The notes below the pieces were generated by a model. That model worked only from the letters and a program-made list of their open reading frames with translations, was not told the origin of the DNA and made no database searches. A DNA stretch of 58,143 nt from a virus (taxonomy: Duplodnaviria; Caudoviricetes). This document shows, piece after piece, positions 46,752 through 54,560 of this stretch. Position numbers and translations under genes: made by a program. Numbering within the stretch: the first letter of the stretch is position 1; each line of letters opens with the position of its first letter. The stretch lies in the IMG/VR virus record IMGVR_UViG_3300014656_000033, positions 1 to 58,143 of that record. One strand, written 5' to 3'.

Positions 46752-47195
46752 TCACCCTCCCTCCTTCGCGCCCACGTCCGAGAGGGCGGCTTTGATGACC
46801 AACTCAATGCGTTCTTGTATAATATTACCCTTGCCGTCTTTAACCGGGCCACCTGAAAATTCGAGCTTGTCCATCCAGTAATTAAGGCTGCTGTATTTTT
46901 CGCCAGCGAGCGCGTCTGTATTATTGCTAAGTTCAGCCCATTCCCGAATGGCGTTGATGCCGTTTGTTATTACTGGCATTACGGCATCCAACGCCTCCCG
47001 CGCGGAGGCGTGGATTGAAACAAGGCTGAGATAGCATGGGCCACAACATGTACTTTTCAACTCTTTAATTTCTTTCTCCGCAGCTTCCAGCTTACCCTCA
47101 AGCTCTCGGCACTTGTCGGTAAGTTCGGCGGTTAGGCGGTTGCCCGTCTTGAGTTCGTCCTCCAGTTCCTCGACCGTCCAGTTGTCATTCTTCAT
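46752..47195 (-). CDS. coiled-coil hypothetical protein
   Basis: GGAGGGG RBS before MKNDNW. Confidence 0.6.
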   Translation of the reverse strand: MKNDNWTVEELEDELKTGNRLTAELTDKCRELEGKLEAAEKEIKELKSTCCGPCYLSLVSIHASAREALDAVMPVITNGINAIREWAELSNNTDALAGEKYSSLNYWMDKLEFSGGPVKDGKGNIIQERIELVIKAALSDVGAKEGG

Positions 47196-47754
47196 ATCGC
47201 GCCCCCTCCGCTTCAACAAACCAGCATCCTATCAAAAACGCGCATTCTTCATCGCGTCCATTTAGCGTAATTTTTCCATCGGTATATGCCGCAAGCCTGT
47301 CTGAAAGAACGGCATTCCAAATTATAGCATCTATCACCCGTTTCTTGTCAAGTGTAGTCTGTCTGATGTAGCCCTTAAAGCAGTGCCGCTGCCAGTCTTT
47401 GCCTTCAACCATAATTACCGGCACATTCAAGAACCGCCACGCCATCGCAGATTCTTTTAGCGTCAGGATGTTACGCCCCGGCACGCGGTTATCATCAAAC
47501 TGATCTTCGAGTACCAACACATCGGGCCTAAATGCCTGGATGATTTCCGACGCGGAGCGGTTCAGGGCTTCCGGGCGCTTGGCTTTCGGGGTTTTGATAG
47601 GCACCGATAGCCGCCCAACATCCGTTAAGCGCCACTGATAGCCGCGCCTGAATCTCGCCCACGCTGATTTGCGGGCCTCGATTGACGGGTCTACGGCCAC
47701 AAAGCTGTTGGCCTGTAGGCCGGTGACGGTATGGTCAAGTAGGCCGGGTTTCAT
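47185..47754 (-). CDS. RuvC-like Holliday junction resolvase
   Basis: VAVDP, VLVLEDQ, W.., DEECA catalytic pattern. Confidence 0.75.
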   Translation of the reverse strand: MKPGLLDHTVTGLQANSFVAVDPSIEARKSAWARFRRGYQWRLTDVGRLSVPIKTPKAKRPEALNRSASEIIQAFRPDVLVLEDQFDDNRVPGRNILTLKESAMAWRFLNVPVIMVEGKDWQRHCFKGYIRQTTLDKKRVIDAIIWNAVLSDRLAAYTDGKITLNGRDEECAFLIGCWFVEAEGARYEE

Positions 47755-47966
47755 AGCTGGTATTTTTCCATCCTTTCCGTGTGGTGTGAGTGGAAATCAA
47801 ACAAAGAACAGATCACGTCTGTCGGCAACGCGAACGGCCTTATTGAATGTTCTTGATTGCACGTTGGCGAGTGTGATACTGTTGGGGGCAACCCAAAACA
47901 CCTGCCGTACATATGGCCCGTTCCCGGTTCTTCAAAATATTTACATCCAGCGCATATATACATCAT
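47751..47966 (-). CDS. small Cys4 protein
   Basis: CAGCKYF...GRC...PP...C. Confidence 0.6.
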   Translation of the reverse strand: MMYICAGCKYFEEPGTGHMYGRCFGLPPTVSHSPTCNQEHSIRPFALPTDVICSLFDFHSHHTERMEKYQL

Positions 47967-47973
47967 AGTTTCC

Positions 47974-49002
47974 TCACATCGGTAAGTTTGCGGTTTCAGA
48001 CATGATGCGGCGACGAGCTATCTCCACATATTCAGGATTAAGCTCTATCGAAATACAGCGGCGATTCAACCGCAGGGCGACCATATTGACAGTTCCCGCG
48101 CCACCGAATGGATCAAAGACAATATCGCGTTCTCGACTACCTGCCAGCACGCACGGCTCGACCAGCTTCGGGGGGAAGGTTGCGAAGTGTGCTTCGGGGA
48201 AGGGCGCGGTTGCGATTTTCCAAACGTCTTTATGACTTAAAATTGGTTCAAAATTTTGTTCGTTCCCAGTCCATACGTCGCGGAGATTAGCACCGCGTAT
48301 TTCATCGTATACCCTTTCTACTCGTTTTGTTTCGTGTGGAATTCCCCAATGATTTTTATCTCTTGTTTTTGAATCTCCAGACGGACGCACCGAACATTTG
48401 CCGGTAGTGGTTGGTTTTATCGGTTCCCTCACCGCATCCGCATCATAAAAATACCGCGCCGCTTTCGCCAGTAGAAACACATACTCATGGCTTTTCGTCG
48501 GCCTGTCGGTAACTGATTCCGGCATGGGGTTCGGCTTAGCCCATATTATATCCGAGCGTAGCCACCAGCCGTCGGCCCGTAGTGCGAACGCCAGCCGCCA
48601 CGGGATGCCGCAGAGGTCTTTGGGCTTGAGAAAACCATAATTCACAACAGGTTTGTTTTCCCGATAATCTCCACCATTACCGGGTCGAGTACCCGAACCA
48701 AAAGAACCACTTGGCTTAGAAACATACGAATCCCCCATATTCACCCACGCCGTCCCATCATCCCGCAGCACCCGCTTAACCTCCCGGAACACGGTGACCA
48801 TCTTCTCAATATATTCCTCCGGCGTTTTCTCAAGGCCGAGTTGACCGTCAACACCGTAATCCCTCAAGCCCCAGTAGGGCGGGCTCGTTACAACAGCCTG
48901 GACACACCCGTCCGGCATCTCCCGCATAATCTCCAGACAGTCCCCTTCCGCTATCGCCCAATCCCTCTCGCCATCAAGCACGGCCTGAATATCAGAATTC
49001 AT
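47974..49002 (-). CDS. N4-cytosine DNA methyltransferase (beta class, SPPY)
   Basis: TSPPYWGLRDY, IIWAKPNPMPES, HFATFP, DPFGGAGT. Confidence 0.92.
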   Translation of the reverse strand: MNSDIQAVLDGERDWAIAEGDCLEIMREMPDGCVQAVVTSPPYWGLRDYGVDGQLGLEKTPEEYIEKMVTVFREVKRVLRDDGTAWVNMGDSYVSKPSGSFGSGTRPGNGGDYRENKPVVNYGFLKPKDLCGIPWRLAFALRADGWWLRSDIIWAKPNPMPESVTDRPTKSHEYVFLLAKAARYFYDADAVREPIKPTTTGKCSVRPSGDSKTRDKNHWGIPHETKRVERVYDEIRGANLRDVWTGNEQNFEPILSHKDVWKIATAPFPEAHFATFPPKLVEPCVLAGSRERDIVFDPFGGAGTVNMVALRLNRRCISIELNPEYVEIARRRIMSETANLPM

Positions 49003-49586
49003 AACCCCTTCACCCTTAATTCGATATACCGCTCGTGGAATCGCCGCTCCGCATATTCGGCATCCCAGAAATCAATCGTCACGGATGCCGCAGCGACGGG
49101 CAAATACCAGCCTGACCGCTTCTGCATCCCCAACTGAATAGATTCCGCCGCCAGCAACGCGGAATCCGCCGTCTTTACGACAGCCGGAATCGGGAACGAA
49201 ACCCCGAATACTTCCGCAATCAAAACCTCAAGCCGCCGTTCCGCTTCCTGAAATTTCGGCAGTTCTTTTTTTATCGGGGGCGGGATGTCGCCGATGTAGG
49301 CTTCTGCGGCATCATGGAGCAGCCCGTCAAGCGCGTATTGTTTCGGCACTAATTCTGATACCAGAACAGAATGCTGGGCCACGCTGTAAAAATGATCGCA
49401 ATGCCCGTTATATCTGCATATCAGCGATAGCGCGTGGGTGATATCCTGTATGTCTATATCGGCAGGGTTGGGCTCGAATGGATAAAACCGTTTACCCGTG
49501 AAAGTTTCTATCCAGTCGGTTTCGTGGGGGGCGGTATTTCGTGGTTGTTGGCAACCCAACATATAGACGGGTGTTTTATTTTCCAT
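48999..49586 (-). CDS. HD-domain phosphohydrolase (5'-deoxynucleotidase/YfdR-like)
   Basis: CRYNGH, YSVAQH, LLHDAAEAYIGD; start ATG 49586 after AAAGGAG. Confidence 0.88.
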   Translation of the reverse strand: MENKTPVYMLGCQQPRNTAPHETDWIETFTGKRFYPFEPNPADIDIQDITHALSLICRYNGHCDHFYSVAQHSVLVSELVPKQYALDGLLHDAAEAYIGDIPPPIKKELPKFQEAERRLEVLIAEVFGVSFPIPAVVKTADSALLAAESIQLGMQKRSGWYLPVAAASVTIDFWDAEYAERRFHERYIELRVKGL

Positions 49587-49618
49587 AATCACTCCTTTCC
49601 TCAATGCCCCCTCTTTAT

Positions 49619-49759
49619 AAAAAAAAGCCGGGAAGGGCGGCTTGGGGTACACGAGGAGGCGCGAACCTTGCGCCCGATTCCCGGCTGGTTTTTATGGTTT
49701 GCACTGTCCGCGCCTCCATGTTCGTGTCAATTATATTCAGATTCACCGCCGCATGTCAA
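49619..49759 (-). promoter_or_regulatory. promoter plus A-B-A'-B' attenuator leader
   Basis: TTGACA-18-TATAAT (49759-49730); A/A' ggaggcgcg/cgcgcctcc; B/B' agccgggaa/ttcccggct plus T-tract. Confidence 0.7.
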
Positions 49760-50217
49760 GAGTCGAAAGAAAAAGCCTCCTGTTTCGGCGCTTCCTCCCG
49801 CTGCCGCCGTTCTTCTTCTCGCCAAAGTTCTTCACGCGCCGGGTAAAGCGAATTGAGCCGTTCTTTGCCGCTGGCTATTCGACTTTTTATCTGCTCAATA
49901 TAGCTATCCATTTCAGCTATAGTTTGCGGGAAAAAATATCCGTGCGGCGGAGCACACGATGAACATATCCCGCGATCCTGTTCTTTGCTTAGCCACTCAA
50001 TAACCTTTTCCACTTCGCGGCCAGAAATACGGGTGTCAATTTCGATGCGTTTTTTCGTGCGGGCGTTGGCGGCTCCTTTGCAATTCCGCTGCAAATACGC
50101 AAGGATAATTTCGCATTGAGTCTTAAATGCTTCGGATATATCTTTGGCTTTAATGTCGGCATAGGATTTTTTCATTGCGCTAATCCTTTCGTTTTCGCGT
50201 GGCTCGCGCCGACGCAA
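49756..50217 (-). CDS. winged-HTH phage DNA-binding protein
   Basis: ILAYL..GAANART...ISGREV...GICS...GYF pattern. Confidence 0.65.
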   Translation of the reverse strand: MRRREPRENERISAMKKSYADIKAKDISEAFKTQCEIILAYLQRNCKGAANARTKKRIEIDTRISGREVEKVIEWLSKEQDRGICSSCAPPHGYFFPQTIAEMDSYIEQIKSRIASGKERLNSLYPAREELWREEERRQREEAPKQEAFSFDS

Positions 50218-50254
50218 TGGGCGGCGAGAAATTCTAATACGGGGGCGGTGTTGG

Positions 50255-50617
50255 TCATGTTGGATGCCTCGGCAATGTCTTTGAATAGTATGTTTTTTCT
50301 TGGCTTGTCAAATACCTAATGCCATGACTGTCTTGTATTTCGACATTGTATTTTTCACCAAATTCAAGCACTTCGTTTTTCTGTTCATCATATTCTTCGG
50401 CGGTGGCTTCCGTACAGTATGTTCCTTCTTCGATGGTGTATGAGGTTTGCCACGGATACTCTTTGTCGGGTAACCAGACTACAACTTCCGGCTTAGTGCA
50501 ATCACACTCGTAATCACCACACCACCAAATCTGAACACAAATACAGCCAAAATTCCATCTTGTTTTTCTATCTTGCGTCATAGGCCACGGGCCTTTTTCA
50601 TTAAACAGGAATTTCAC
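50255..50617 (-). CDS. hypothetical protein
   Basis: GGAGAGG RBS; CGDYECDC. Confidence 0.55.
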   Translation of the reverse strand: MKFLFNEKGPWPMTQDRKTRWNFGCICVQIWWCGDYECDCTKPEVVVWLPDKEYPWQTSYTIEEGTYCTEATAEEYDEQKNEVLEFGEKYNVEIQDSHGIRYLTSQEKTYYSKTLPRHPT

Positions 50618-50871
50618 ACCATCCTCTCCCTTCTATGTCCGTTATCCTCGACGGCCACTTTCGGTATCCTGTAAGATTTATCCACGTTGTCATCCAGCCA
50701 TGCCGGGCAGGTTGTTTCGTGCCCGCAAACCTTACATGCCCATATCTGCTCGACACGCTCGATATTCTGCCCGGCTTTTGTATGGCCGAACCGCCCGGCT
50801 TTCAGGCGGCGTTTAATGAGGCGGGTGTTGCCGGTGTTCAGGTAATGGTGGGCGTGTAGTTTAGTCATCAT
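50614..50871 (-). CDS. zinc-ribbon hypothetical protein
   Basis: CKVCGH; coupled overlaps. Confidence 0.55.
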   Translation of the reverse strand: MMTKLHAHHYLNTGNTRLIKRRLKAGRFGHTKAGQNIERVEQIWACKVCGHETTCPAWLDDNVDKSYRIPKVAVEDNGHRRERMV

Positions 50872-51140
50872 GCCTCCAGCATAACAGCCGATTTCGCCAG
50901 CGTCCGCAACATCGTTTTGGGCTCACCGTACAATTCTTGCGGATGCCGAAGGCTCTCCATCTGGTCTTCATCGAGATAGTCCGGCGCATAAGCGCAAGCG
51001 CACAACTCGCCGAGATGGTTTTTCACAATCGCCGCCCTGACTTTCTTTCTAACCATGTGGCGCGCCCATGATGCCGCAATCCGCTCTGTCGTCCAATCCG
51101 TAAATCTTAGCCAGTTGTTTTCCATTCTGATGTTTTTCAT
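50868..51140 (-). CDS. hypothetical protein
   Basis: AAAGGAG RBS before MKNIRMEN. Confidence 0.55.
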   Translation of the reverse strand: MKNIRMENNWLRFTDWTTERIAASWARHMVRKKVRAAIVKNHLGELCACAYAPDYLDEDQMESLRHPQELYGEPKTMLRTLAKSAVMLEA

Positions 51141-51159
51141 TTGTTGCTCCTTTCGATTT

Positions 51160-51375
51160 TCAATCATTGTCAAAATCACCCGCCGCCCGGCTCTTGGGGT
51201 CGTCGTGCTTTCTGGCGCGGGCGTTCATAACGCGATGCTTTCTCTGTTCTTTCCGCAATTCAACAAGCCTCATGGCGCGTTCACGATCTTCAAAAAACAT
51301 CTTGCCGATGTATTCCCGCTGGTCGCGGTCGGTCATTTCCAAAAATAATGCTTCTTCGCGTTCGTCGGCTGTCAT
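51160..51375 (-). CDS. hypothetical protein downstream of initiator
   Basis: ATGA coupling. Confidence 0.5.
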   Translation of the reverse strand: MTADEREEALFLEMTDRDQREYIGKMFFEDRERAMRLVELRKEQRKHRVMNARARKHDDPKSRAAGDFDND

Positions 51376-52337
51376 GCTTGTTCATCACCGCCGTTGTCGG
51401 TTAGTTTCTGGGTTAGTTCCCGCAATCGGGCCATCTTCGCCGCCGCTACTTCGGGCGGCGCTGCCGCCTCGCGTTCGCGTTTGTCGCGTTCAAGTACGGC
51501 TTTATGGGCGCGGTTTGTGCTGGCGGCGTCGCGCTGGTGGATATGAGTTACGCTGTGGTAATTAGCGGATTCAAGAAAATCCATGAATCGAGCAGCTTTA
51601 CCGAAAAAGTTGTTTGCCTGAATCCTGAATTGCGGATCGTCTTTGAATTCTTCGGAATAAATATAGTTTTTGATTGCCCTTTTGAGTTGCTTCGGGGTAT
51701 AGGTTTCCTGCCCCTTGTGTTTCGACAAAAGTTTTTTAATGCTTTTAGCGGCGTCCATTTTGGCCCCGGCCCGAACGTGTTTGGCATATACGCCATAAAC
51801 GTTGAAAGCATATCCCCATATCAAATCACACGCGCGCGCACGCGCGAGGGGGTATGTGGTTTTATTAACTTCTACTTGATCTTGATCTTGATCTTGATCT
51901 TCTACCGGACTTTTGCCGGATTCATTCCGGCCACTTTCCGGCGGCTCGCCGGATTTATTCCGGCCTGTAGTATTATCGGCTTTGTATTCGGGATATTCTG
52001 GATTCTCGCGGTCTTGTCTTAAATGCGGTTGGTTTTTTAGGAAGTTCGGAAAGTGCATGTATTCGCCCTTGCCGTCAGGGTCGGAATATTTTATAGCGTC
52101 GATGTGTTCCGGCAGCTTTCCGGCGAACTTCAGGCAATCGGCGGCAGATACCTTTTTATCATAAACAAAAAGGCGGCCCTTGAGCCACTCACCATTGATA
52201 TTGACATTACCATTTTTGTCAATCCACGATAAAAGCCGGTGGTGAAAAACCAATCCCCACGGGCCTACATCTTCGCCATATTCAGATAGGTCTATATCTT
52301 CGCCCGTTGTTCTGTTAATCATCCGTCCTCGCGCCAT
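51372..52337 (-). CDS. phage replication initiator (replisome organiser-like)
   Basis: MARGRMI start, D..G, FPNF.KNQ, central low-complexity linker, C-terminal QANNFFG. Confidence 0.8.
   Translation of the reverse strand: MARGRMINRTTGEDIDLSEYGEDVGPWGLVFHHRLLSWIDKNGNVNINGEWLKGRLFVYDKKVSAADCLKFAGKLPEHIDAIKYSDPDGKGEYMHFPNFLKNQPHLRQDRENPEYPEYKADNTTGRNKSGEPPESGRNESGKSPVEDQDQDQDQVEVNKTTYPLARARACDLIWGYAFNVYGVYAKHVRAGAKMDAAKSIKKLLSKHKGQETYTPKQLKRAIKNYIYSEEFKDDPQFRIQANNFFGKAARFMDFLESANYHSVTHIHQRDAASTNRAHKAVLERDKREREAAAPPEVAAAKMARLRELTQKLTDNGGDEQA
51875..51965. repeat. putative origin: six CCGG at exact 11-bp spacing plus (CTTGAT)4
   Basis: CCGG at 51905, 51916, 51927, 51938, 51949, 51960; GATC at 51878, 51884, 51890, 51896. 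Confidence 0.7.
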
Positions 52338-52352
52338 AGAATCACCTCCATG

Positions 52353-52477
52353 AAAAAAGCCCCCGCTGGCGACGGAAGCATAAGGCTTTTCTTCCGAAAC
52401 GAGGGCTTATAAACAAATTAACCTTACACAATTCCGTCGCTACCTTTAACCATATCAGAGTTTCTTTAATTTGTCAA
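52353..52477 (-). promoter_or_regulatory. promoter plus A-B-A'-B' attenuator leader before the initiator
   Basis: TTGACA(52477-52472)-17-TATGGT; gcgacggaa/ttccgtcgc; aagccctcg/cgggggctt plus T-tract; GGAGGTGA RBS. Confidence 0.7.
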
Positions 52478-52499
52478 TAGCCTTTCAAAAAACCCTTTC

Positions 52500-52920
52500 A
52501 TCCTATCTTCACCATCGTATTGCGTAGCACCAGCCGCTTATCTTCCGGGCATTCCCGATCCAGCTCACGCGGCGGCAACGGTGAGCAGAATCCTCGCGGG
52601 AACTTGCATAGCTGGCCCGCCGTGATTGCCGCCATTTCCTGCCGGTGAATTAAAGCCCACTGACAGCGGCCCGCGCCCGTCGCCGGGGCCGGTGACAGGA
52701 AGTTCCCGCAATCGACGTGGCAGATTGGGTTGGCGGGCTGTTCTGTCAATTCAGAATCACTTCCTTGCCCACCCACACCGCCCACGTTGCACGAATCGCT
52801 CGCGCCGTGGCTACCCGCACAACAACAGCCGTCAATGGCGGTACACGTTCATCGCGGGCGACGTATTGAGGCTCCAGCGGGAGTTCGCAGTAGCGCGGGA
52901 ATGGGCGTGATGTGCGTTTC
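52500..52920 (-). ncRNA. putative large structured non-coding RNA
   Basis: Nested stems 52715-52787, 52596-52709, 52563-52586, 52789-52805, 52814-52858; G-U pairs favour the minus strand. Confidence 0.6.
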
Positions 52921-52924
52921 ATAA

Positions 52925-53025
52925 TGCGAGGGCTGGGATTCGAACCCAGCTCGCCCCGGAAGCGTCCCACCGGGGTTAGCCTATCCGGCTCGTCGTCGGG
53001 CCTCTCGCCCTCTAAGCCGCCTCGC
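52925..53025 (-). ncRNA. tRNA-like element (non-canonical anticodon arm, long variable arm)
   Basis: Acceptor gcgagg/cctcgc, T-arm gctggg-TTCGAAT-cccagc, D-like arm with GG, extra arm ccccgg/ccgggg; no CCA. Confidence 0.65.
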
Positions 53026-53035
53026 GTATTCATCT

Positions 53036-53251
53036 TTATACTTCCGGCATCCCGTCCAGCTCGCCGAATTTCAGAATGACATGCTTTTCGTTATCATACA
53101 TGCAAAGAACACAGGACGTAACGGACAATACGACTTGCGTTTTCTCCGTTGTTTCCGTTGTTTTTGTTCCGAATACGATTTCTTTTGTCTCACGCCCGGT
53201 GATTGTAAGAACATTGCCGCACTTACTGCATGTTGCTGTAATTGGTTGCAT
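53036..53251 (-). CDS. small Zn-binding protein
   Basis: AAAGGAGG RBS; CSKCG...CVLC. Confidence 0.55.
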   Translation of the reverse strand: MQPITATCSKCGNVLTITGRETKEIVFGTKTTETTEKTQVVLSVTSCVLCMYDNEKHVILKFGELDGMPEV

Positions 53252-53447
53252 CAAGAGCCTCCTTTCGTTTGTTTTTTGCTGCAAGTTGCCTTGCATAAAT
53301 GAGCTTCCCGATTTCATTGAATCTTTTCATCCCCTCGATAAATACTTTGTCGTATTCAGAAGGAATATATTCTCCGGGCGTTCTTGGAAGCATTGCCTCC
53401 AACTTTTTATATTTCGCAATGTCTTCTTTACTTCTGTTCTTTTGCAT
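53223..53447 (-). CDS. hypothetical protein
   Basis: Operon overlap. Confidence 0.5.
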   Translation of the reverse strand: MQKNRSKEDIAKYKKLEAMLPRTPGEYIPSEYDKVFIEGMKRFNEIGKLIYARQLAAKNKRKEALDATNYSNMQ

Positions 53448-53652
53448 TTAATTCTATCCCCGCAATGGTAGATTCGAGTCCCGATACAAAAGCCCAGCAA
53501 ATATAATCAGGGCAATCGGCGCAAGCTCGCTCCCGCTCGCTCATATTCAATCCACCGGGACATTTCCGTAAGGCAATTTTCAATGTGCCTTTTAATAGTT
53601 TTATGGCGTCGCGTTTATACATGATTTTTCTTTTATGTGTACCTTTTTCCAA
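53428..53652 (-). CDS. Cys-containing hypothetical protein
   Basis: CP...CADC...C. Confidence 0.5.
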   Translation of the reverse strand: MEKGTHKRKIMYKRDAIKLLKGTLKIALRKCPGGLNMSERERACADCPDYICWAFVSGLESTIAGIELNAKEQK

Positions 53653-53875
53653 CTTCCCATTCGTTTATGACTTCCTCAAGTTCAGCAATGCGTTTCTTTG
53701 CCGCTCTTAATTTTTCCAACGCTTCATCCTTCCATGTTGCTTCCTGCGAGACTAACACATACGGAACCAAATAACAATCTTTTCTCTTCGCCGCTTTCAG
53801 TTGATGTTTCAGGTCGTCTATCGTGGTTTTTTGTTCTCCAATTACTATTAACGCATCAGCCAAATTTGCTATCAT
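53633..53875 (-). CDS. coiled-coil hypothetical protein
   Basis: AGGAGG RBS before MIANL. Confidence 0.55.
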   Translation of the reverse strand: MIANLADALIVIGEQKTTIDDLKHQLKAAKRKDCYLVPYVLVSQEATWKDEALEKLRAAKKRIAELEEVINEWEVGKRYT

Positions 53876-54195
53876 TGATTCCTCCTGCAATTCGCAACCG
53901 GGCATGACTTGCCGCAATCATTAAAACCCTTCGCGCAATATTCTCGCGCAAAAGAATCCCGCAGTTTCTTCGGCAACATTTTTAGCGTTTCTTTGTCAAG
54001 CATCTTTTCTACCCGCCAGTAATTTTCTATCTTTTGTTTTTCCGGCTCGAACAGAACGGGCGCCGCGTGTATCAATAGCCCTTCGGTTTCCGTTAGGGTG
54101 TCGTGGCGCGACAAGGAGGCGTCAGAGATAATGTCGCCGTCGAGGTTTTCGAGGGCGTGGGTTGCCTGATATTTTTTATGCCGTGACGGTAACAT
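53872..54195 (-). CDS. first gene of leftward arm, near-leaderless, C-terminal Cys cluster
   Basis: ATG 54195 lies 6 nt downstream of a TATAAT box. Confidence 0.55.
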   Translation of the reverse strand: MLPSRHKKYQATHALENLDGDIISDASLSRHDTLTETEGLLIHAAPVLFEPEKQKIENYWRVEKMLDKETLKMLPKKLRDSFAREYCAKGFNDCGKSCPVANCRRNQ

Positions 54196-54201
54196 GCCCC
54201 A

Positions 54202-54231
54202 ATTATAGCCACCGATGGCGTTTCGTGTCAA
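54202..54231 (-). promoter_or_regulatory. leftward early promoter
   Basis: TTGACA-18-TATAAT. Confidence 0.8.
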
Positions 54232-54285
54232 GGGTGCTGGAAAACAGTAGCTTTAATGCGAAATATATTTATTTTGAGAATTGTA

Positions 54286-54314
54286 TTGACAAGCGGTGGC
54301 GGGGTGATTAGAAT
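54286..54314 (+). promoter_or_regulatory. rightward early promoter
   Basis: TTGACA-17-TAGAAT with AT-rich upstream region. Confidence 0.8.
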
Positions 54315-54349
54315 GATTACAGAATGAAAGATACGAGGAGGCAAACAAA

Positions 54350-54502
54350 ATGAAGCTCACAAACTACAACACGGTAAATCGCGCATCAAAAACCGCAACG
54401 GATACTGCGGCGTGTCGGTCGCGGGCTATGCGGAGTAGGCTTGCGCGGGCGGCCCGGAAGGTGCGGCGAGCGCGGCAAAAAGAAAATCACCCGAAAGCAT
54501 AG
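54350..54502 (+). CDS. 50-aa Arg-rich peptide
   Basis: GAGGAGG RBS; ...RSRAMRSRLARAARKVRRARQK. Confidence 0.55.
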   Translation: MKLTNYNTVNRASKTATDTAACRSRAMRSRLARAARKVRRARQKENHPKA

Positions 54503-54558
54503 CCGAAACCCGCTAAGGCGGGTCTGTCGGGCGTCACCCGGCACTGAGGAGGCAGACG
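54502..54558 (+). ncRNA. type II hammerhead ribozyme
   Basis: GCC GAAA CCCGC-UAAG-GCGGG UC^ UGUCGGG-CGUCA-CCCGGCA CUGAGGA GGC; loop I CGUC can pair with downstream GACG. Confidence 0.9.
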
Positions 54559-54560
54559 AA

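Noticed and set aside
52860-52924. Theta/HDV-like ribozyme after the tRNA-like 3' end
   Set aside because: Could not build the nested double pseudoknot by eye; needs a motif search
52498-53033. Two 95-aa ORFs (52498..52785, 52746..53033)
   Set aside because: No convincing RBS, atypical composition, and they overlap the tRNA-like and paired structures
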